A DNA stretch of 46,205 bases from a bacterium (GTDB taxonomy: Bacteria > Bdellovibrionota_C > UBA2361 > CALJRW01), in the NCBI GenBank assembly GCA_031385045.1, contig JANNBC010000049.1, positions 1-46,205 on the forward strand, written 5' to 3'. How positions within the stretch are numbered: the first letter of the stretch is position 1; each line of letters starts with the position of its first letter. The notes beneath the pieces are model-generated. The model was not told the DNA's origin and ran no database searches. It was given only the letters and a program-made list of their open reading frames with translations. A program made the position numbers and the translations under genes. This document shows, one piece after another, positions 1-10,867 of this stretch.

Positions 1-793
1 CAATTTTTGCAAAATCTAGCACATCATTTACTAAATCAAGTAAATGCTCTCCATTCTTTTTGACCATCGATAGTGTTTGCTCTTGTCGATCGTTAACATC
101 CCCGCAAATACCCGAGAGTACAATCTCCACAGCATTTAACATAATCCCTAAAGGACCTCTTAATTCATGACTAAGATTTGCTAAAAATCCAACTTTAGCT
201 CTTACTGAATCTTCCGAGCTCTGCTTTAATTTAAATAATTGTGTAGAAAACTTAGCATTAAGAATAGCAATGGCTGCTTGTAATGTTAATAAATCAAGCA
301 ACTCCTGCTCTTCCGGATCTAAAGTACGCGAAGCATCAAAAACTAATCGAATTAATCCAAAGCGTTCCCCGGAAAAGTTAATCGGTTTAATTTCTTGAAA
401 TTGAGCGCGCTGACCGATCACTTTTTTAATTGGCTCACCAACAAAGCAAGACGTATGGTAAAATTCCGTATTGGCATCAATCAAAGAGATCTCTACAAAC
501 TGACAACGAAATAAGCGGTAAGCTAAATTGGCAACATTAGTTAATACTTTCGTTAATTCAGAACTATTATCAATCTCAATACTGGCAGTATTGAGATTAA
601 GAATTTCTTTCTGAGAAGAAATTTGCTGAAGATAAAACCCTAAGGAAAATTTATTGGATTCACTATTCAAGCTAAAGACAGATCGAAGTCTCTTTTGGAT
701 CCGAAGCAAAACTACACAGAGATAACTAGCAAATAGTGTAGCAACAACGGCAATTAACGCCAAAATAATGATCAGACTTTCAGTATTAAGCAA
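1..793 (-). CDS. Membrane sensor histidine kinase (TM, GAF-like, HisKA), partial; runs off the left edge
   Basis: Not in the ORF track. Hand translation from TTG at 793 gives MLNTESLIIILALIAVVATLF (TM), then AKVGFLANLSHELRGPL (H-box), then HLLDLVNDVLDFAKI at the edge. Starts 2 bp after the guaA stop. Confidence 0.85.
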   Translation of the reverse strand, partial: MLNTESLIIILALIAVVATLFASYLCVVLLRIQKRLRSVFSLNSESNKFSLGFYLQQISSQKEILNLNTASIEIDNSSELTKVLTNVANLAYRLFRCQFVEISLIDANTEFYHTSCFVGEPIKKVIGQRAQFQEIKPINFSGERFGLIRLVFDASRTLDPEEQELLDLLTLQAAIAILNAKFSTQLFKLKQSSEDSVRAKVGFLANLSHELRGPLGIMLNAVEIVLSGICGDVNDRQEQTLSMVKKNGEHLLDLVNDVLDFAKI

Positions 794-795
794 TC

Positions 796-2358
796 TTACT
801 CCCATTCAATTGTTGCTGGTGGTTTATTGGAGATATCTAATACTACTCGGTTCACACCACTAACTTCATTAATAATTCGAGAACTAATTGTACCTAGAAC
901 CTTCTCTGGTAAGTAGGACCAATTAGCCGTCATACCATCTTGAGACTCAACAGCACGAATTGCAATACATTTTTCATAAGTCCGCCCATCGCCCATCACC
1001 CCCACAGAATCAACCGGCAAAAGAACTGCAAAAGACTGCCAAAGCTTCTGATACCAACCAGCCTTTTTTACTTCTTCCACAAGGATCGCATCTGCTTCCT
1101 GCAAGATCTTAATCTTATCATCTGTAATCTCACCTAAAATCCTAACGGCTAGACCGGGACCAGGAAATGGTTGTCGCTTGATTATCTCCTCTGGTACATT
1201 TAGTACTTCACCAACCCGACGCACTTCATCTTTAAACAATTCTCGAAATGGTTCAATTAACTCGAACTTCATTTTTTCAGGAAGTCCACCAACGTTATGA
1301 TGCGATTTAATCGTAGCTGATGGCCCCTTAACAGAGATTGATTCAATAACATCTGGATATAAAGTTCCTTGAACTAAATACTTAACATTCTCTAAAGACT
1401 TGCTCTCTTCTTCGAAAACATCAATGAAGACACTACCAATAATCTTGCGCTTTTTCTCGGGATCCGTCACTCCCTTCAAGGCTGTCAAGAAACGCTCTCT
1501 GGCATCGACTAGTTTCACATCTAGTCCCAACCCTTCTGCACCTAATCTTTTATAAACCTGCTGAGCTTCATCCTTGCGAAGCAAGCCATTATCCACAAAA
1601 ATTGATTTTAATTGTCCTGGCAAGGCACGATCGATTAAGACCGCTGCTACCGTAGAGTCCACTCCACCACTTAGTGCGCAAAGTACATTTTGCTCTGGCC
1701 CCACCATTGATTGTATTTTCTTATTAAAGGTCTGAATAAACCCATCAGCACTCCAACTAGTATCACACTTAGCAATCTTGATTAGAAAATTGCTAATTAT
1801 TTCTCCACCTCTTTCTGTATGAAAAACCTCTGGGTGAAACTGCAAAGCATAAATCTGCTCAGCCTTATTGCCCATCGCTGCCATTGGAATACTATCACTC
1901 TTAGCTAGAACCTTGAATCCTTCAGGCACAGCGACAACATGATCCCCGTGGCTCATCCAGACCTGTAAACTTTGTTCTGTAGAAAAACCTTCAAATAGAT
2001 CAGAATTATCAGTAATCTCTAGAGCCGTAGCTCCGTACTCTCGCTTCTTAGAACTTGCCACCTTCCCACCTAGCTGCTGACTAATAAGTTGCATTCCATA
2101 ACAAATACCTAGAGTTGGTATTTTAGTTTTAAGCCATGAGGAGTCAAACGCGGGGCTATTATCGTCCAAAACTGAGGCTGGGCCACCTGAAAGAATCACA
2201 GCTTCAACGTTTTTTAAATCTTGAACTGAACAACTTCGAGTACAAGGAATAATTTCACTAAAAATATTTAGTTCTCTCACTCGACGCGCAATTACCTGAG
2301 TATATTGAGAGCCGAAATCAAGGATCAGAACTTTTTTTACACTATTTTCTATAGTCAT
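796..2358 (-). CDS. guaA: GMP synthase (glutamine-hydrolysing)
   Basis: [39 protein letters not shown] and C-terminal KPPATIEWE. Confidence 0.99.
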   Translation of the reverse strand: MTIENSVKKVLILDFGSQYTQVIARRVRELNIFSEIIPCTRSCSVQDLKNVEAVILSGGPASVLDDNSPAFDSSWLKTKIPTLGICYGMQLISQQLGGKVASSKKREYGATALEITDNSDLFEGFSTEQSLQVWMSHGDHVVAVPEGFKVLAKSDSIPMAAMGNKAEQIYALQFHPEVFHTERGGEIISNFLIKIAKCDTSWSADGFIQTFNKKIQSMVGPEQNVLCALSGGVDSTVAAVLIDRALPGQLKSIFVDNGLLRKDEAQQVYKRLGAEGLGLDVKLVDARERFLTALKGVTDPEKKRKIIGSVFIDVFEEESKSLENVKYLVQGTLYPDVIESISVKGPSATIKSHHNVGGLPEKMKFELIEPFRELFKDEVRRVGEVLNVPEEIIKRQPFPGPGLAVRILGEITDDKIKILQEADAILVEEVKKAGWYQKLWQSFAVLLPVDSVGVMGDGRTYEKCIAIRAVESQDGMTANWSYLPEKVLGTISSRIINEVSGVNRVVLDISNKPPATIEWE

Positions 2359-2469
2359 TTAAGGTAGTTAGAATATTAAGCAATTTTTCACGATACTATC
2401 CTAGAGATTAAACCTTGTCTAGTTTGGATTATCTGAAAAACCTGCCAATCATCAGATTATTGGTTTTGA

Positions 2470-2499
2470 TTGCCCTTGGAAAGATTAATGTCTTATAAT
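2470..2499 (+). promoter_or_regulatory. Possible sigma70 promoter for the CpaE-like gene
   Basis: TTGCCC-N18-TATAAT about 60 bp upstream of ATG 2562; the AT-rich context makes a chance match possible. Confidence 0.3.
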
Positions 2500-2561
2500 G
2501 GAGCACACCTTTCTTTTTCTCAGCATAACAAACGTAGTATATTTGATTAATTCTAACCCAT

Positions 2562-3866
2562 ATGAAAATACTAATTATCGATTCCTCAATTGCTAACCAA
2601 GCGCAGTATGCTGAAAAGCTTCACTCCTTACACAATAAGGATGTAGAAACTCTCGACCTACATATTATGCTAGTTGATGCCACTAAATACCAAGACCATT
2701 TAAAAATTATGGACTTAGTAATTCTTGGTTCTGGACTTGGAGATCAAGCTACCGTTATTGCTCGCTCCATTAAAGAGAGCTACCCAGAGAAAAATTTAAT
2801 TGTCTTTGTTAATAAAGCGCAATACAACGGACAAATGATTCGACAATCACATAACATTGGTGTTCGTCGGGTAATGTTTGATCTGATTGATAACCTAGAG
2901 TTTTTACAAGAGCTCTACGCAATCGATGCGGAATTCAGAAGAAATGGACAGATTAATTTAGGAAAAGTAATTACTGTAACTTCACCCAAAGGTGGCGCTG
3001 GCGCTACGACATTAGTAGCTGCACTTGGTGAAATTACTAGCAAAATGCAAGAACGAACTTTAATTATTGATTTGGATTTTACTACTCAAGACTTAAGTCG
3101 CTCACTGGCTCTCTATTCGAACAAACCAAAAAGCTATGTTCGTTGGATGGATACAATTGACGATTTGACTCTGAAATCTTTTATGGAACAAACAACTAAA
3201 GTCGATGAATATGTTGATTTAATTAGCCCCCCAGTTGATTTAAAAACTACACATGACTTAGGTTATCACCATGAAGGAACTCAGGTTCTCTTAAAAATTA
3301 TTGATTTGGCTAAGTATAATTACCAAAACATCATTATTGATTTAGCAGAACCAAACAGCCCTACTGGTGAAAAAATTATGGGAATCTCTGATCAGATTGC
3401 TGTCTTAACTGGGGAATGTGCTCTTAGCTTAACTGCTTGTGAACTTTTCATTGAAAAGTCTAAAGAATACTTAAACAACAATGATAATATTCGAATCATT
3501 AACGCTGGTGACCGTCACTCCCTCCTTGACTTACAACAAAGCTTTAGCGGATTAAACTTAACTAGCAAAAACTGGATTGAGAACTTACCAAATGATGCTG
3601 ATGCTTGGACTTGGCCAGGAAGTGGGAAGACATTATTCTCGATTGGTGATTATCGAACTAAACTTGCTCTTAATAATATTGCTCGTAAACTTGAAGTAAT
3701 TAAGGAAGATGCGGTGGAACAAGAGTTCCGCACTGTTAGCAGAGTTAAATTGATTAGTGCCCCACTGATCAATCGCTTTAAACAAATTCCGCTTAGAGCA
3801 AAAATTGAAACGGACAGCAAAAAGTTATTGCCAAATAATTCTGGCTATAGCAAAATTTCTGCATAG
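2562..3866 (+). CDS. CpaE/TadZ-like protein (degenerate receiver domain plus MinD/ParA-type ATPase)
   Basis: N-terminal REC-like MKILIID; GKVITVTSPKGGAGATTL deviant Walker A lacking the second Lys; LIIDLD; IIIDL. Confidence 0.75.
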   Translation: MKILIIDSSIANQAQYAEKLHSLHNKDVETLDLHIMLVDATKYQDHLKIMDLVILGSGLGDQATVIARSIKESYPEKNLIVFVNKAQYNGQMIRQSHNIGVRRVMFDLIDNLEFLQELYAIDAEFRRNGQINLGKVITVTSPKGGAGATTLVAALGEITSKMQERTLIIDLDFTTQDLSRSLALYSNKPKSYVRWMDTIDDLTLKSFMEQTTKVDEYVDLISPPVDLKTTHDLGYHHEGTQVLLKIIDLAKYNYQNIIIDLAEPNSPTGEKIMGISDQIAVLTGECALSLTACELFIEKSKEYLNNNDNIRIINAGDRHSLLDLQQSFSGLNLTSKNWIENLPNDADAWTWPGSGKTLFSIGDYRTKLALNNIARKLEVIKEDAVEQEFRTVSRVKLISAPLINRFKQIPLRAKIETDSKKLLPNNSGYSKISA

Positions 3867-3869
3867 TTG

Positions 3870-3943
3870 ATTCTCCCTTTTTGCAAAGCCCTAGATTAAG
3901 GACTAATCACCGCAAAGTTAAGGTGACGGCAAAAGGGGAGAAT
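3870..3943. terminator. Long inverted repeat between convergent genes; probable bidirectional terminator or structured element
   Basis: ATTCTCCCTTTTTGC (3870-3884) pairs with GCAAAAGGGGAGAAT (3929-3943), one G-T pair; internal TCACC/GGTGA stem. Confidence 0.55.
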
Positions 3944-3944
3944 A

Positions 3945-4745
3945 TTATTTTGATTTAATTTGTACTTGGCTTTGATGGTACACTTTAGAATTAGGCGGAA
4001 CGGACTCCGTTAACCAAACGTTCCCCCCAATAACTGTTCCATGCCCGACAACAGTTGCTCCCCCTAGAATCGTAGCATTAGCATAAATAACAACGTCATT
4101 ACCAATTGTTGGATGTCTTTGCTTATTCTGCATTTGCTTATCAACTACTAAACCACCAAGAGTTACTCCCTGATAAATTCGGACTCGATTCCCAATAACA
4201 GAAGTCTCTCCAATTACAATTCCTGTTCCATGATCGATAGCAAAGTCTTTTCCGACTTGCGCACCTGGGTGAATATCAATCCCTGTTTGCTGGTGAGCAT
4301 ATTCAGCTAGAATTCTTGGAAAAAGTGGAACTTCAGCCAAATAAAACCAATGGGCAATGCGGTAAATAATAATGGCAAAAAATCCTGGGTAAGTAACAAT
4401 TACTTCTTCTTTAGAAACAGCAGCTGGATCCATCTCAAAGATTGCTTGGGCATCAGACTCTAAAGACTGATAAATCTCTGGTAAGGTCTTAAAAAAGCGA
4501 CTAGCGACGTCAACGCAATCAGTTTTTAAGTCGCAACAAAAAGGCTGCAGAATTGAAACTAGATCTTTTTCCAAGGAATTTAATGTTTGTTCAACAGAAT
4601 CGGGAGTTAATAATTTTGAAGAGCTACGATGGGGAAATAATAATTGAATTAAATTCTTAAGAAAGTTTACTGACTTATCTTTAGAAATAAGTAAGCTTGC
4701 TACTTCTTGATGACTTTCGGCAATTAATTCAAAAAAGTTTTTCAT
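3945..4745 (-). CDS. cysE: Serine O-acetyltransferase (EpsC-like)
   Basis: DPAA..EEV..TYPG, TGIDIHPGA, IDHGTGIVIGET, YQGVTLG, RHPTIG hexapeptide repeats. Confidence 0.93.
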   Translation of the reverse strand: MKNFFELIAESHQEVASLLISKDKSVNFLKNLIQLLFPHRSSSKLLTPDSVEQTLNSLEKDLVSILQPFCCDLKTDCVDVASRFFKTLPEIYQSLESDAQAIFEMDPAAVSKEEVIVTYPGFFAIIIYRIAHWFYLAEVPLFPRILAEYAHQQTGIDIHPGAQVGKDFAIDHGTGIVIGETSVIGNRVRIYQGVTLGGLVVDKQMQNKQRHPTIGNDVVIYANATILGGATVVGHGTVIGGNVWLTESVPPNSKVYHQSQVQIKSK

Positions 4746-5839
4746 AATCTAATCCTTCCACCACCTAAGACTTCCTCATTGGCCAAATCATAAAAGACCG
4801 CTGCTTGACCTGGAGAAACCGGTGACCATTCATCTAAAAATAGAACTTCGGCCAAATCATCAGCAGTAATTCGCACATTTACGAGAACACCATCGTGTCG
4901 ATAACGCATCTGACAAATTGCTTTAAATTCAATCGGAAATTGCTTGTTTTTATACTGCTCGGCCAGTTTATAATTTACAAAATTTAGTTCGGCAACCTTA
5001 AATCCAGGACGCTCCAACTCATGCTTGGAACCAACAACAATCTGATTTTCCAAAGCTCGAATCTCTAAAACATAAAGTGGATCTTCTGAGCTAATCCCTA
5101 ACCCTTTACGTTGACCAACCGTATATGAAGTGATTCCTTGATGACGTCCTAAAATCTTTCCCTGAGCATCAACAATATTTCCATCAGGAGATTTACCACC
5201 AATGCGCACAATAAAATCTTTGACGGCTCCAGAAACAAAACAAATATCCTGGCTCTCCGGCTTACTAGCAATGGTTAGCCCTGCTTCTCTGGCTAACTCC
5301 CGAACTTCCGGCTTGGTCAAATGACCCACAGGAAAAATTGTTGAAGTTAATTCTGCGGGGGATAAACCATAAAGAAAATAACTTTGATCTTTTTGATCAT
5401 CGACTCCACGAATTAATTGTAAGCCCTCAGCCGACTCACGAATTTGGGCGTAATGTCCAGTAGCTACAGCTTTACATCCAAAGGTAGTTGCACGTTCGCG
5501 TAACTCACGAAACTTAACTTTATTATTACAATCGATACAGGGGTTCGGTGTTAATCCTTGTTTGTATTTCTCGATAAAATTATCGATTACTTTTTCTTTA
5601 AATGTTTGTTCAAAATCAAAAACGTAATATGGAACTCCAATCTTAGCTGCAACCATCCGGGCATCCGTAAAATCATCAGGAGCACAACAAGTCGCACGAG
5701 TGCTACAACCACCATTTTGGCGATAATCCCAAACCTGCATGGAGATCCCCACTAGGTCTTCACCTGTTTGCTGTAAAAGCAATGCAGCGACACAAGAATC
5801 AACCCCACCAGACATTGCTACGACGATCTTTTCACTCAT
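4742..5839 (-). CDS. mnmA: tRNA-specific 2-thiouridylase
   Basis: AMSGGVDS, TPNPCIDCN, ATGHYA, KDQSYFL, ESQDICF, GQRKGL, PGQAAVFY. Confidence 0.98.
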   Translation of the reverse strand: MSEKIVVAMSGGVDSCVAALLLQQTGEDLVGISMQVWDYRQNGGCSTRATCCAPDDFTDARMVAAKIGVPYYVFDFEQTFKEKVIDNFIEKYKQGLTPNPCIDCNNKVKFRELRERATTFGCKAVATGHYAQIRESAEGLQLIRGVDDQKDQSYFLYGLSPAELTSTIFPVGHLTKPEVRELAREAGLTIASKPESQDICFVSGAVKDFIVRIGGKSPDGNIVDAQGKILGRHQGITSYTVGQRKGLGISSEDPLYVLEIRALENQIVVGSKHELERPGFKVAELNFVNYKLAEQYKNKQFPIEFKAICQMRYRHDGVLVNVRITADDLAEVLFLDEWSPVSPGQAAVFYDLANEEVLGGGRIRL

Positions 5840-5898
5840 CTAATTAACTTATTATAATTTTGGAAATAATGCACCAAGTTGCCGTAAAATTCAGTAAA

Positions 5899-7041
5899 CT
5901 AGGAAACTGGAACATTCTTGACCAAGTGATTAACTAATTGGCTCTGTTCTTCAGCACTTAAATCAGCACGAAAGCTAATTCGAATTGTAGACCGAGCTTG
6001 TTCTTCACTTTTACCTATCGCTAATAAAACATGTGAAGGACTTGGCTTGCCCGAGGCACAAGCGGATCCTGAAGAGATGGCAATTCCAGCTAGATCCATT
6101 GCAACTACTAAATCATCAGCTTTAATCCTAGGAATTTCTAGGCTGATGGTATTAGGCAGAGTTTCTATTTGTTCAAAATTTATTTTTGCATTTGGAAGCT
6201 GAGCTTGAATTTCGGCAATTAACTTTTGTTTTATTTTTTTATAACTTTTTAAGTTATTACTAAGTTGTGACTTCATTACCTTAGCCGCGATGCCTAAAGA
6301 ATATGCTCCTAATAAATTTTCAGTTCCAGCACGCCAAGATAACTCCTGTGGGCCTCCAGAAATTAATGCCCTAGCTGGCAAATGATCATTAACTACTAAA
6401 GCACCAATTCCTGTTAAAGCTCCGATCTTATGCCCTGAAATTGCAATGAAATCAGCATTTAACTCCGAATAATTAATTGGTAATTTACCTAAGGCCTGCA
6501 CAGCATCACAGACAGTGTAGACACTAGAAAAATCCTTCTTGATCTGTGTAAAGATTTCTTTTACTGGATAAATATATCCAGTTTCATTATTAGCAAACAT
6601 TAAGCTACAGCAAATAGTCTCCGGAGTTACTTCTTTCAGAAATGATTTCATACTGAAAATCTCTTGTTTTTGATTGTCAAAAATATTAGTAGTAATTCCT
6701 AAAGAAGCTAATTTATGAAAAGTTGTGAGGGTCGCTGGATGTTCTGTAGTTGTTGTTAAATAATTAACATCTTTAGTTTGATTCCGACTCAAATTCCAAA
6801 ACGGATAAAACAAAGCTTGGTTCAAAGCTTCTGTTGCTCCTGAGGTGAAGACAATTCTTTGCCTAGAGTCTAATTGCATTAAACCGGACAACTCATTGCG
6901 TGCTTCTTCTAAAATTGCTCTAGCTCGCTGTCCTAATTGATGAATGGCTGAAGGATTAGCAAAATCAACAGACCAAGCAGAAACAGCTTCCCGCACTTCT
7001 GGCAATAATCCATAACTGGCATTGGCATCACAATTAATCAT
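5899..7041 (-). CDS. iscS: Cysteine desulfurase (IscS/NifS family)
   Basis: NPS..H..G, FTSGATEA, ANNETG, DAVQA, SGHK (PLP Lys), SSGSAC (catalytic Cys); adjacent to mnmA. Confidence 0.9.
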   Translation of the reverse strand: MINCDANASYGLLPEVREAVSAWSVDFANPSAIHQLGQRARAILEEARNELSGLMQLDSRQRIVFTSGATEALNQALFYPFWNLSRNQTKDVNYLTTTTEHPATLTTFHKLASLGITTNIFDNQKQEIFSMKSFLKEVTPETICCSLMFANNETGYIYPVKEIFTQIKKDFSSVYTVCDAVQALGKLPINYSELNADFIAISGHKIGALTGIGALVVNDHLPARALISGGPQELSWRAGTENLLGAYSLGIAAKVMKSQLSNNLKSYKKIKQKLIAEIQAQLPNAKINFEQIETLPNTISLEIPRIKADDLVVAMDLAGIAISSGSACASGKPSPSHVLLAIGKSEEQARSTIRISFRADLSAEEQSQLVNHLVKNVPVS

Positions 7042-7081
7042 TTTAATTCAACTTTACAAATACAACCTCGATTCACTCTTT

Positions 7082-7438
7082 ATGAATTATAAGAAATTTC
7101 CACATGAAATCAAACTAGCGCTGTTAATGTTAACTTTATTGGCTTTAAAGCAAATGGCGGATCGACCGGTTGTACCTAATCCGATTAGAATTGAGCCTCA
7201 AGTCTACCAAAAGGTTATCACTAGATTTGCGCTAGGAGAGAAAATATATGCTAAGAATTTAAGTCAAAATGACCTAGAAAAGGTACCTTTGGTTTCTGCC
7301 GCAATTGCCTCTGAAATTCTTAAAGCCGGGCAAAAATCAGAAAACTTAGGGAAAAATAACCTAGAAAAATTACAAACTATTAAAGGAATTGGTAAAGTTA
7401 AAGCTCTAACAATTAATAAATATTTAATACTCAACTAA
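7082..7438 (+). CDS. Membrane-anchored helix-hairpin-helix DNA-binding protein (ComEA-like)
   Basis: N-terminal hydrophobic segment; two HhH-like motifs (LEKVPLVSAAIASEI, LQTIKGIGKVKA). ATG 7082 chosen over 7022 to avoid overlap with iscS. Confidence 0.65.
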   Translation: MNYKKFPHEIKLALLMLTLLALKQMADRPVVPNPIRIEPQVYQKVITRFALGEKIYAKNLSQNDLEKVPLVSAAIASEILKAGQKSENLGKNNLEKLQTIKGIGKVKALTINKYLILN

Positions 7439-7822
7439 GGTAAATTGACGCTTGGTCTCACTTAAGATTTCTATCCGAATTTCTAAATCAATTAAATCTT
7501 GATAATTAGGGACTAAATTAATCCATTCCACAATTCTTAGCGTGTTTAATAATACTGGTTCAGCTAGTTCTTCTGGGAGATGTTTTAGGCGATATAGATC
7601 CCAATGCTCTACTTGATACTGATCATTTTGATAAATATTTTGAATATTGTAAGTGGGTGAAGTTGCAACTTGAGAAATCCCTAAATCAGCTAAGATGTAT
7701 TTCACTAAGGTTGTCTTACCAGCTCCAAGATCACCAATTAACCCAATCACTAATGGCAATCTTTGTTTGAGTTTTAAACCACTAATAAATCCAGCTAACT
7801 CATTAGGTTGAGCGATAATCAT
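7424..7822 (-). CDS. tsaE: tRNA t6A biosynthesis ATPase
   Basis: GDLGAGKTTL, SPTYNI, HWDLYRL, IVEW. Confidence 0.93.
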   Translation of the reverse strand: MIIAQPNELAGFISGLKLKQRLPLVIGLIGDLGAGKTTLVKYILADLGISQVATSPTYNIQNIYQNDQYQVEHWDLYRLKHLPEELAEPVLLNTLRIVEWINLVPNYQDLIDLEIRIEILSETKRQFTLVEY

Positions 7823-9171
7823 TACCCTAACTTATCAATAAAGAAATCTTCAAACTCCTTAGAAATTGCGTCACATTCTTTTTTCGTTTTAGCTTCTACT
7901 AAGATTCGCAACTTATTCTCTGTACCAGAATAACGGATAAAGGCTCGTCCATTTGAACCTAATTGCTCCGTCTTTTTTTGATAAAGTTCTTCATATCCAG
8001 CAATAGAATTTAGTGCTGGTTTATTACGAACATTCATATTAACAAGCTTTTTAGGGAATAATTCAAAATCATTTAAAATTTTAGACAGTGGTTTGCCAGC
8101 TCTTAAGACAACCTCTAAAACTTTAATTGCCGATAAAATTCCATCTCCACAAGTACAATCATCTAACATAATAATGTGTCCAGACTCTTCGCCTCCCAGA
8201 TTTAAGTTCTTATCCCGCATCGCATCCAAGACATAACGATCACCGACGTTAGTCCGCAAAACCTCAATATTATTTTTTGCTAAATATGGTTCTAACGCAG
8301 AGTTAGACATAATCGTCGAGACTAAGGTGTTATCTTTTAATAAGCCTTTTTCAGAATAGTACTTTGCTAATAATGCTAATAAATGATCTCCTGAGAGAAT
8401 CGAGCCTTTTTCATCAATCACAACTAAACGATCAGAGTCTCCATCAAAAGCAAAACCAATATCTAAATTATACTCTTGAACAAGTTTACTAACGACTTCG
8501 GGATAAAGGCTACCAAATCCAGAGTTAATATTCTTACCAGTAGGACTAACTCCTCTAGTTACAACTTCCGCTCCCAACTCATCAAAAACAGCAGGAGCCA
8601 CTTGATAGGCTGCGCCATTGGCGCAATCAAGACCAATTTTCAAACCTTTTAAGCTGAGATCTCGTGGAAGTGAATTTTTAAGAGACACGATATAACGTCC
8701 CTTAGCATCATCAATCCGCTTAATCTTACCGAGGCTATTTGGATTCACCGTTTCACTAATTTTTAGATCAGAGTAAAAAAGCTTAGCGATCTCCTCCTCT
8801 ACTTGATCTGGCAACTTAAACCCATCACCAGCAAAAATTTTAATGCCGTTATCTTCATAAGGATTATGTGAAGCAGAAACCATAATACCAGCGTCCGCTC
8901 GCATGCTTTTAGTCAAATATGCCACACCAGCAGTAGGAATTGGTCCAGTTAAATAAACATTTGCACCAGCCGATGTTAAACCTGCAGCCAAAGAATACTC
9001 AATCATATACCCGGACAGACGAGTATCTTTACCAATTAAGATTGTATGTCGTTCTGAATCTTTTAAAAAATAACGGGCAATTGCCTGACCAAGTTTAACA
9101 ATGCTTGCTGGATCTAGTGGTGCTAGATTAGCTTTTGTGCGAATACCATCTGTACCAAATAATTTTTCCAT
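7822..9171 (-). CDS. glmM: Phosphoglucosamine mutase
   Basis: LFGTDGIR, GKDTRLSG, SASHNP, FDGDSDR, GGEESGH, RYSGTE. Confidence 0.97.
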   Translation of the reverse strand: MEKLFGTDGIRTKANLAPLDPASIVKLGQAIARYFLKDSERHTILIGKDTRLSGYMIEYSLAAGLTSAGANVYLTGPIPTAGVAYLTKSMRADAGIMVSASHNPYEDNGIKIFAGDGFKLPDQVEEEIAKLFYSDLKISETVNPNSLGKIKRIDDAKGRYIVSLKNSLPRDLSLKGLKIGLDCANGAAYQVAPAVFDELGAEVVTRGVSPTGKNINSGFGSLYPEVVSKLVQEYNLDIGFAFDGDSDRLVVIDEKGSILSGDHLLALLAKYYSEKGLLKDNTLVSTIMSNSALEPYLAKNNIEVLRTNVGDRYVLDAMRDKNLNLGGEESGHIIMLDDCTCGDGILSAIKVLEVVLRAGKPLSKILNDFELFPKKLVNMNVRNKPALNSIAGYEELYQKKTEQLGSNGRAFIRYSGTENKLRILVEAKTKKECDAISKEFEDFFIDKLG

Positions 9172-9180
9172 AATACTTTT

Positions 9181-10077
9181 TTATTTTTTAACTGGGACTA
9201 ACTTAACCTGATCTGGTTCAATTTTAATTAACGAAACCTCTGGTGGCAAGTCAACTTGAACTTTGGCGCTCAGATCTTTACTAACCTTTTTAGTAATCTT
9301 AACATAGGGAATTAGCTCGCCCTCTTTCATTTGCGATATTGTCTCACTTGAACCAGAAACTTCTACATTAACTAAAGTGACTTCCGGTTGATAGTCTATC
9401 TCTCCATCTGCCCGAAGCTCTAATGGTAACTCTAGAAATTGCCGCTCGATTGCCAAGTTTGCTAAGCTATAACTAACTTTTACTTTTTCACTTTCAAGCG
9501 TAACAGAAGAACTTGGCGCCCTTAAGTCAAGTAAGACTTCCCCACTTTCTTTGAATTCTCTTAAATCCATCGGCAAAGTCTCAATCGACGCAATCTGATT
9601 TATCTCCGAAGATGGACCTTTCACTTTTACTTTACTAGGCTCAGTATTAATTCCTAACAATTTAATATCATTATTAACTTGTCCAATGGTCAAAACTTCA
9701 ACCTTAACTTCCTTGGTAATAATCTCATCTAGAATCAAATCAATTTTAGATGGATTAATATTATAAGCCTCTAAACCAACAGGCAAATTAAGATTTTGGC
9801 TTGTTAAAGAAATTTGTAATTTATTCTCCATCTCCGACGGCAAGTTAACTTCAAAGAATAAACCTGAAGCAACTGGAGATATTTTATGGGCTGGACCTCG
9901 TAACGTCACCTGTACTTGGCGATTAACTGGCAAAAGGATAAATTTAGACTCGGGAAGATTCTTAAATTTAACAGGCAAAGAGACTGTTAATTCTGTCTGA
10001 TTACTCTGGCTATTAACAAAAGCATAAAGCACTAAAGTAATTACGACAGCTAAAATTTTAAGACCTAAGTTTTTCAT
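9181..10077 (-). CDS. cdaR: YbbR-domain regulator of diadenylate cyclase
   Basis: N-terminal NLGLKILAVV..L.LY TM segment; repeated beta-rich YbbR-like units (VQVTLRGP, VKVKGP, VEVSG); located between cdaA and glmM. Confidence 0.85.
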   Translation of the reverse strand: MKNLGLKILAVVITLVLYAFVNSQSNQTELTVSLPVKFKNLPESKFILLPVNRQVQVTLRGPAHKISPVASGLFFEVNLPSEMENKLQISLTSQNLNLPVGLEAYNINPSKIDLILDEIITKEVKVEVLTIGQVNNDIKLLGINTEPSKVKVKGPSSEINQIASIETLPMDLREFKESGEVLLDLRAPSSSVTLESEKVKVSYSLANLAIERQFLELPLELRADGEIDYQPEVTLVNVEVSGSSETISQMKEGELIPYVKITKKVSKDLSAKVQVDLPPEVSLIKIEPDQVKLVPVKK

Positions 10078-10862
10078 TATACTTCTACTAATTCTTTATC
10101 TTTTTCAGATTTCTTATAGTTTAAGATAAAATCGATTTGATCCTGCAAGCCAAGTAAATCTAAATTACGATAAATTGTTGCTTCATGTACAAGTGAGATA
10201 CTCCCCGTCTCTTCAGAAACAACTAAGATAATCGCATCGGATCGCTCAGATAGTCCCAGTGCTGCTCGGTGGCGAGTACCCAAATTGGGATCAAGATCTG
10301 GATCAAAACTAAGTGGCAAAACGCAGCCGGCGGCTTTAATTCTTTCATTTTCAATCACCACAGCACCATCATGTAGTGGCGAATACTTATTAAAAATACT
10401 AAGTAATAATTTTTTATTAAAAGAAGCATCAAGGCTAACTGCATCTTCTAAAAATTCTTCCAGTCCGACCTCCCGCTGGATGACAATTAAAGCTCCAATC
10501 TTATCAGTCGCTAAAATATCAACTGTCTTGGCAATATCTTCAATTGTTTTCTCAGAATAAGTTTTAGAGGTTCCAAAGAAGATAGAATTAATACCAACTT
10601 TTGTTAAACCACGTCGAATTTCTTCTTGAAAAATTACAATCACAACAAGAATGATTGAGCTCAGAAAGTTACCCAGTAACCATTCTAATGTTGTTAATCC
10701 AAAAGTCTTTGCTAGAAAATAGAGGATAATAATCAAAGCCAAGCCGGTCAGCATCTGAACAGCTCGAGTACCCTTGATCATTTGGAGTACCCGATAAATC
10801 AGGAAGCTAACAATTAGTAAATCGCATAATAGAATTAGATTTTTAACGGTCAAATAAACCAT
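10077..10862 (-). CDS. cdaA: Membrane diadenylate cyclase
   Basis: Three TM segments, GTRA, FQEEIRR, SPLHDGA and GTRHRAA DAC motifs, VSEETG. Confidence 0.96.
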   Translation of the reverse strand: MVYLTVKNLILLCDLLIVSFLIYRVLQMIKGTRAVQMLTGLALIIILYFLAKTFGLTTLEWLLGNFLSSIILVVIVIFQEEIRRGLTKVGINSIFFGTSKTYSEKTIEDIAKTVDILATDKIGALIVIQREVGLEEFLEDAVSLDASFNKKLLLSIFNKYSPLHDGAVVIENERIKAAGCVLPLSFDPDLDPNLGTRHRAALGLSERSDAIILVVSEETGSISLVHEATIYRNLDLLGLQDQIDFILNYKKSEKDKELVEV

Positions 10863-10867
10863 GTTTC

